Origin: Takakia lepidozioides
Lineage: Eukaryota; Plantae; Bryophyta
Reading direction: 5' to 3'
NCBI GenBank assembly: GCA_030704615.1
Contig: CM060734.1
Location: 21,948,001 to 22,012,000 of the forward strand
Length of the DNA stretch: 64,000 bases
This document shows positions 62,510 to 64,000 of the stretch, piece after piece (positions within the stretch are counted from its first letter, which is position 1; the number at the start of each line of letters is the position of its first letter). The translations under genes and the position numbers were made by a program. A model generated the notes under the pieces. It searched no databases, was not told the origin of the DNA, and was given only the letters and a program-made list of their open reading frames with translations.

Positions 62510-64000
62510 AGACAAACTAACTAAACAAGAAAAAGAAAATAAGAGAGGAGGAGGCGCGATGTAGCTCCGCATGTTGCGGTGAGAGGAAGGACTCGTATCA
62601 ACGGTAACTTAGTCTCGTCGAGCGATCTGGAGTTGCACGCCGTCCTAATCGTCATCGTCTTCGTCTTTGCTACCCCTAGAGGCAACCTTAATGCTGGCTC
62701 ATCAAGGCAAGCAGATGAACGTTTTCTCATGAACTCCAAACCATCCCTCGATCTTCACTTGAAAGCCCCGAAAAAACCTTACCGGTATCCATCTACCTTC
62801 ATCCTGAATTGCGAAGCTTCAATGCGCCCCCACTCTCACAGTGGTGATATTTCGGCCAGCCTACACTAATCCTCCATTAAAGGCTGATGAGACAGTCCGC
62901 CGTCATTTCCCATTCTCATCCTTCCACCACCTTTTGCCCAGCTCATGTAGCTCTTCTCGCAAGCCTTTTCTCCTACCAGCTTATGTCTATCAGTTCCGCT
63001 TCCTCTCCTGCCAGCTTCTGTCTATTGCTTCCTCTCCTTACCATTGAAGGCGAATCTGCAGTTTTTTTATCTAAGATGGGCCCCAACTTCCAGATCCAGG
63101 GTGCTCGAAGCAACCCCAGAAGCAGGATCAACCGCTCAGTAATGCAGGCTCCCCCAAGGCAATCGGGTGCTGCCTTTTTTCTCGCTCATCAGGCGCAGGC
63201 AACAGGACGATGCACGTGGTCGTATGGCCATTGCATCGGCGTCTTCAGCGGATCATACTGTTCCCCCGCCCCACACTGCCTCTAGTGCGCCTAATGATGT
63301 GGAGGAAGTTTTATCTGATGATGGAGACGCAGCAGAATCTCAGGCTGAAATGGAAGAAGCAGCGCTCTCAATAGCCATAGATTTCGATGCTCTCGATGCA
63401 AAGGTCTCAGGCTGCCATGAACGTGGCATTCTCCTACATTTTCCTGGGAAAAAACAGGACAGGGCCTTCGTGAGGGAATGGGTGATCTCCCATCTTGGGG
63501 GTTCTGGCGAGCTGCAACAGCACTTCTGCCATGCTAAAGGGCGTGGTTTTTTCTCTATAATATTTGAATCCAAGGCTGCTGCAGATCAAGCCCTGGCATT
63601 CAACCCCCACAGGATGGGGCTCAATGTCAACATTTTTCCCTGGTCCCCTCACATGGGCAGCAAATGATGGTTCCCTAGGGTGGTCACTGTTTGCGGCATC
63701 CCTGATCAATACCTATACTCCCTCCCAAACATTGGGAACTCATTTGGGTATTACTTGGGGTGTTTGGCTGTATTTGACCGCGAGATGAGCACGGACAACT
63801 TGAGAAAAGAGGATGCTTGGAGAAACGTTACAAGTGCTTCAAAGATGAAGGAGAATGGTTTGCCCAAAATTGTTATTATGATGCCCAGTGAGGGGAGAAT
63901 TCCGAGCTACATCAGGTTACCCATTAACAACAAGGGAGACTTTTTCTCTGTCAACCCCTAAAGGCCGGCGCGACCCGAATTGGGTCGCAGCCATTTTCAT
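62510..64000 (+). mobile_element. 5' region and disrupted ORF1 of an L1 LINE (continues beyond window)
   Basis: RRM/DUF4283-like ORF1 motifs: VREWV, GRGFFSIIFES, IFPWSP, V.VCGIP.QY...L..IGNSFG.YLG. Frameshifted. Confidence 0.75.

Overview
Eukaryotic nuclear DNA from a non-seed land plant with flagellated sperm. A bryophyte, plausibly a hornwort, is inferred from a flagellar inner-arm dynein subunit gene, a Ser-type calmodulin with 3 coding introns, short GT-AG introns and compact gene spacing. Spliced host genes reconstructed by hand: the 3' part of a CASC1/DNAI7 (IC97)-like gene, TGD2, calmodulin, an FCP1/NIF-like probable pseudophosphatase, ALG14, an F-box protein, bifunctional RIBA and a GPI-anchored nsLTP. 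There is also an intronless, disrupted microbial-type 2OG-Fe(II) oxygenase. Mobile DNA is abundant: a hAT MITE with 8-bp TSD, a complete-ended DD35D pogo (23-bp TIRs, TA TSD) nested inside an RTEX-like LINE, four RTEX-like 3' fragments with (CATTT)n tails, five L1 remnants and three tRNA-derived SINE-like families. The least explained structure is a ~4.4-kb very AT-rich island (about 49.0-53.4 kb). It holds ~16 tandem units, each built around a 37-bp TTAGGG/CCCTAA-containing palindrome, bracketed by ~190-bp direct repeats, followed by a T-rich repeat and a tRNA-like end whose last ~50 bp also occur elsewhere in the window between 17-bp duplications. All family assignments come from motif recognition by eye; no database searches were run.
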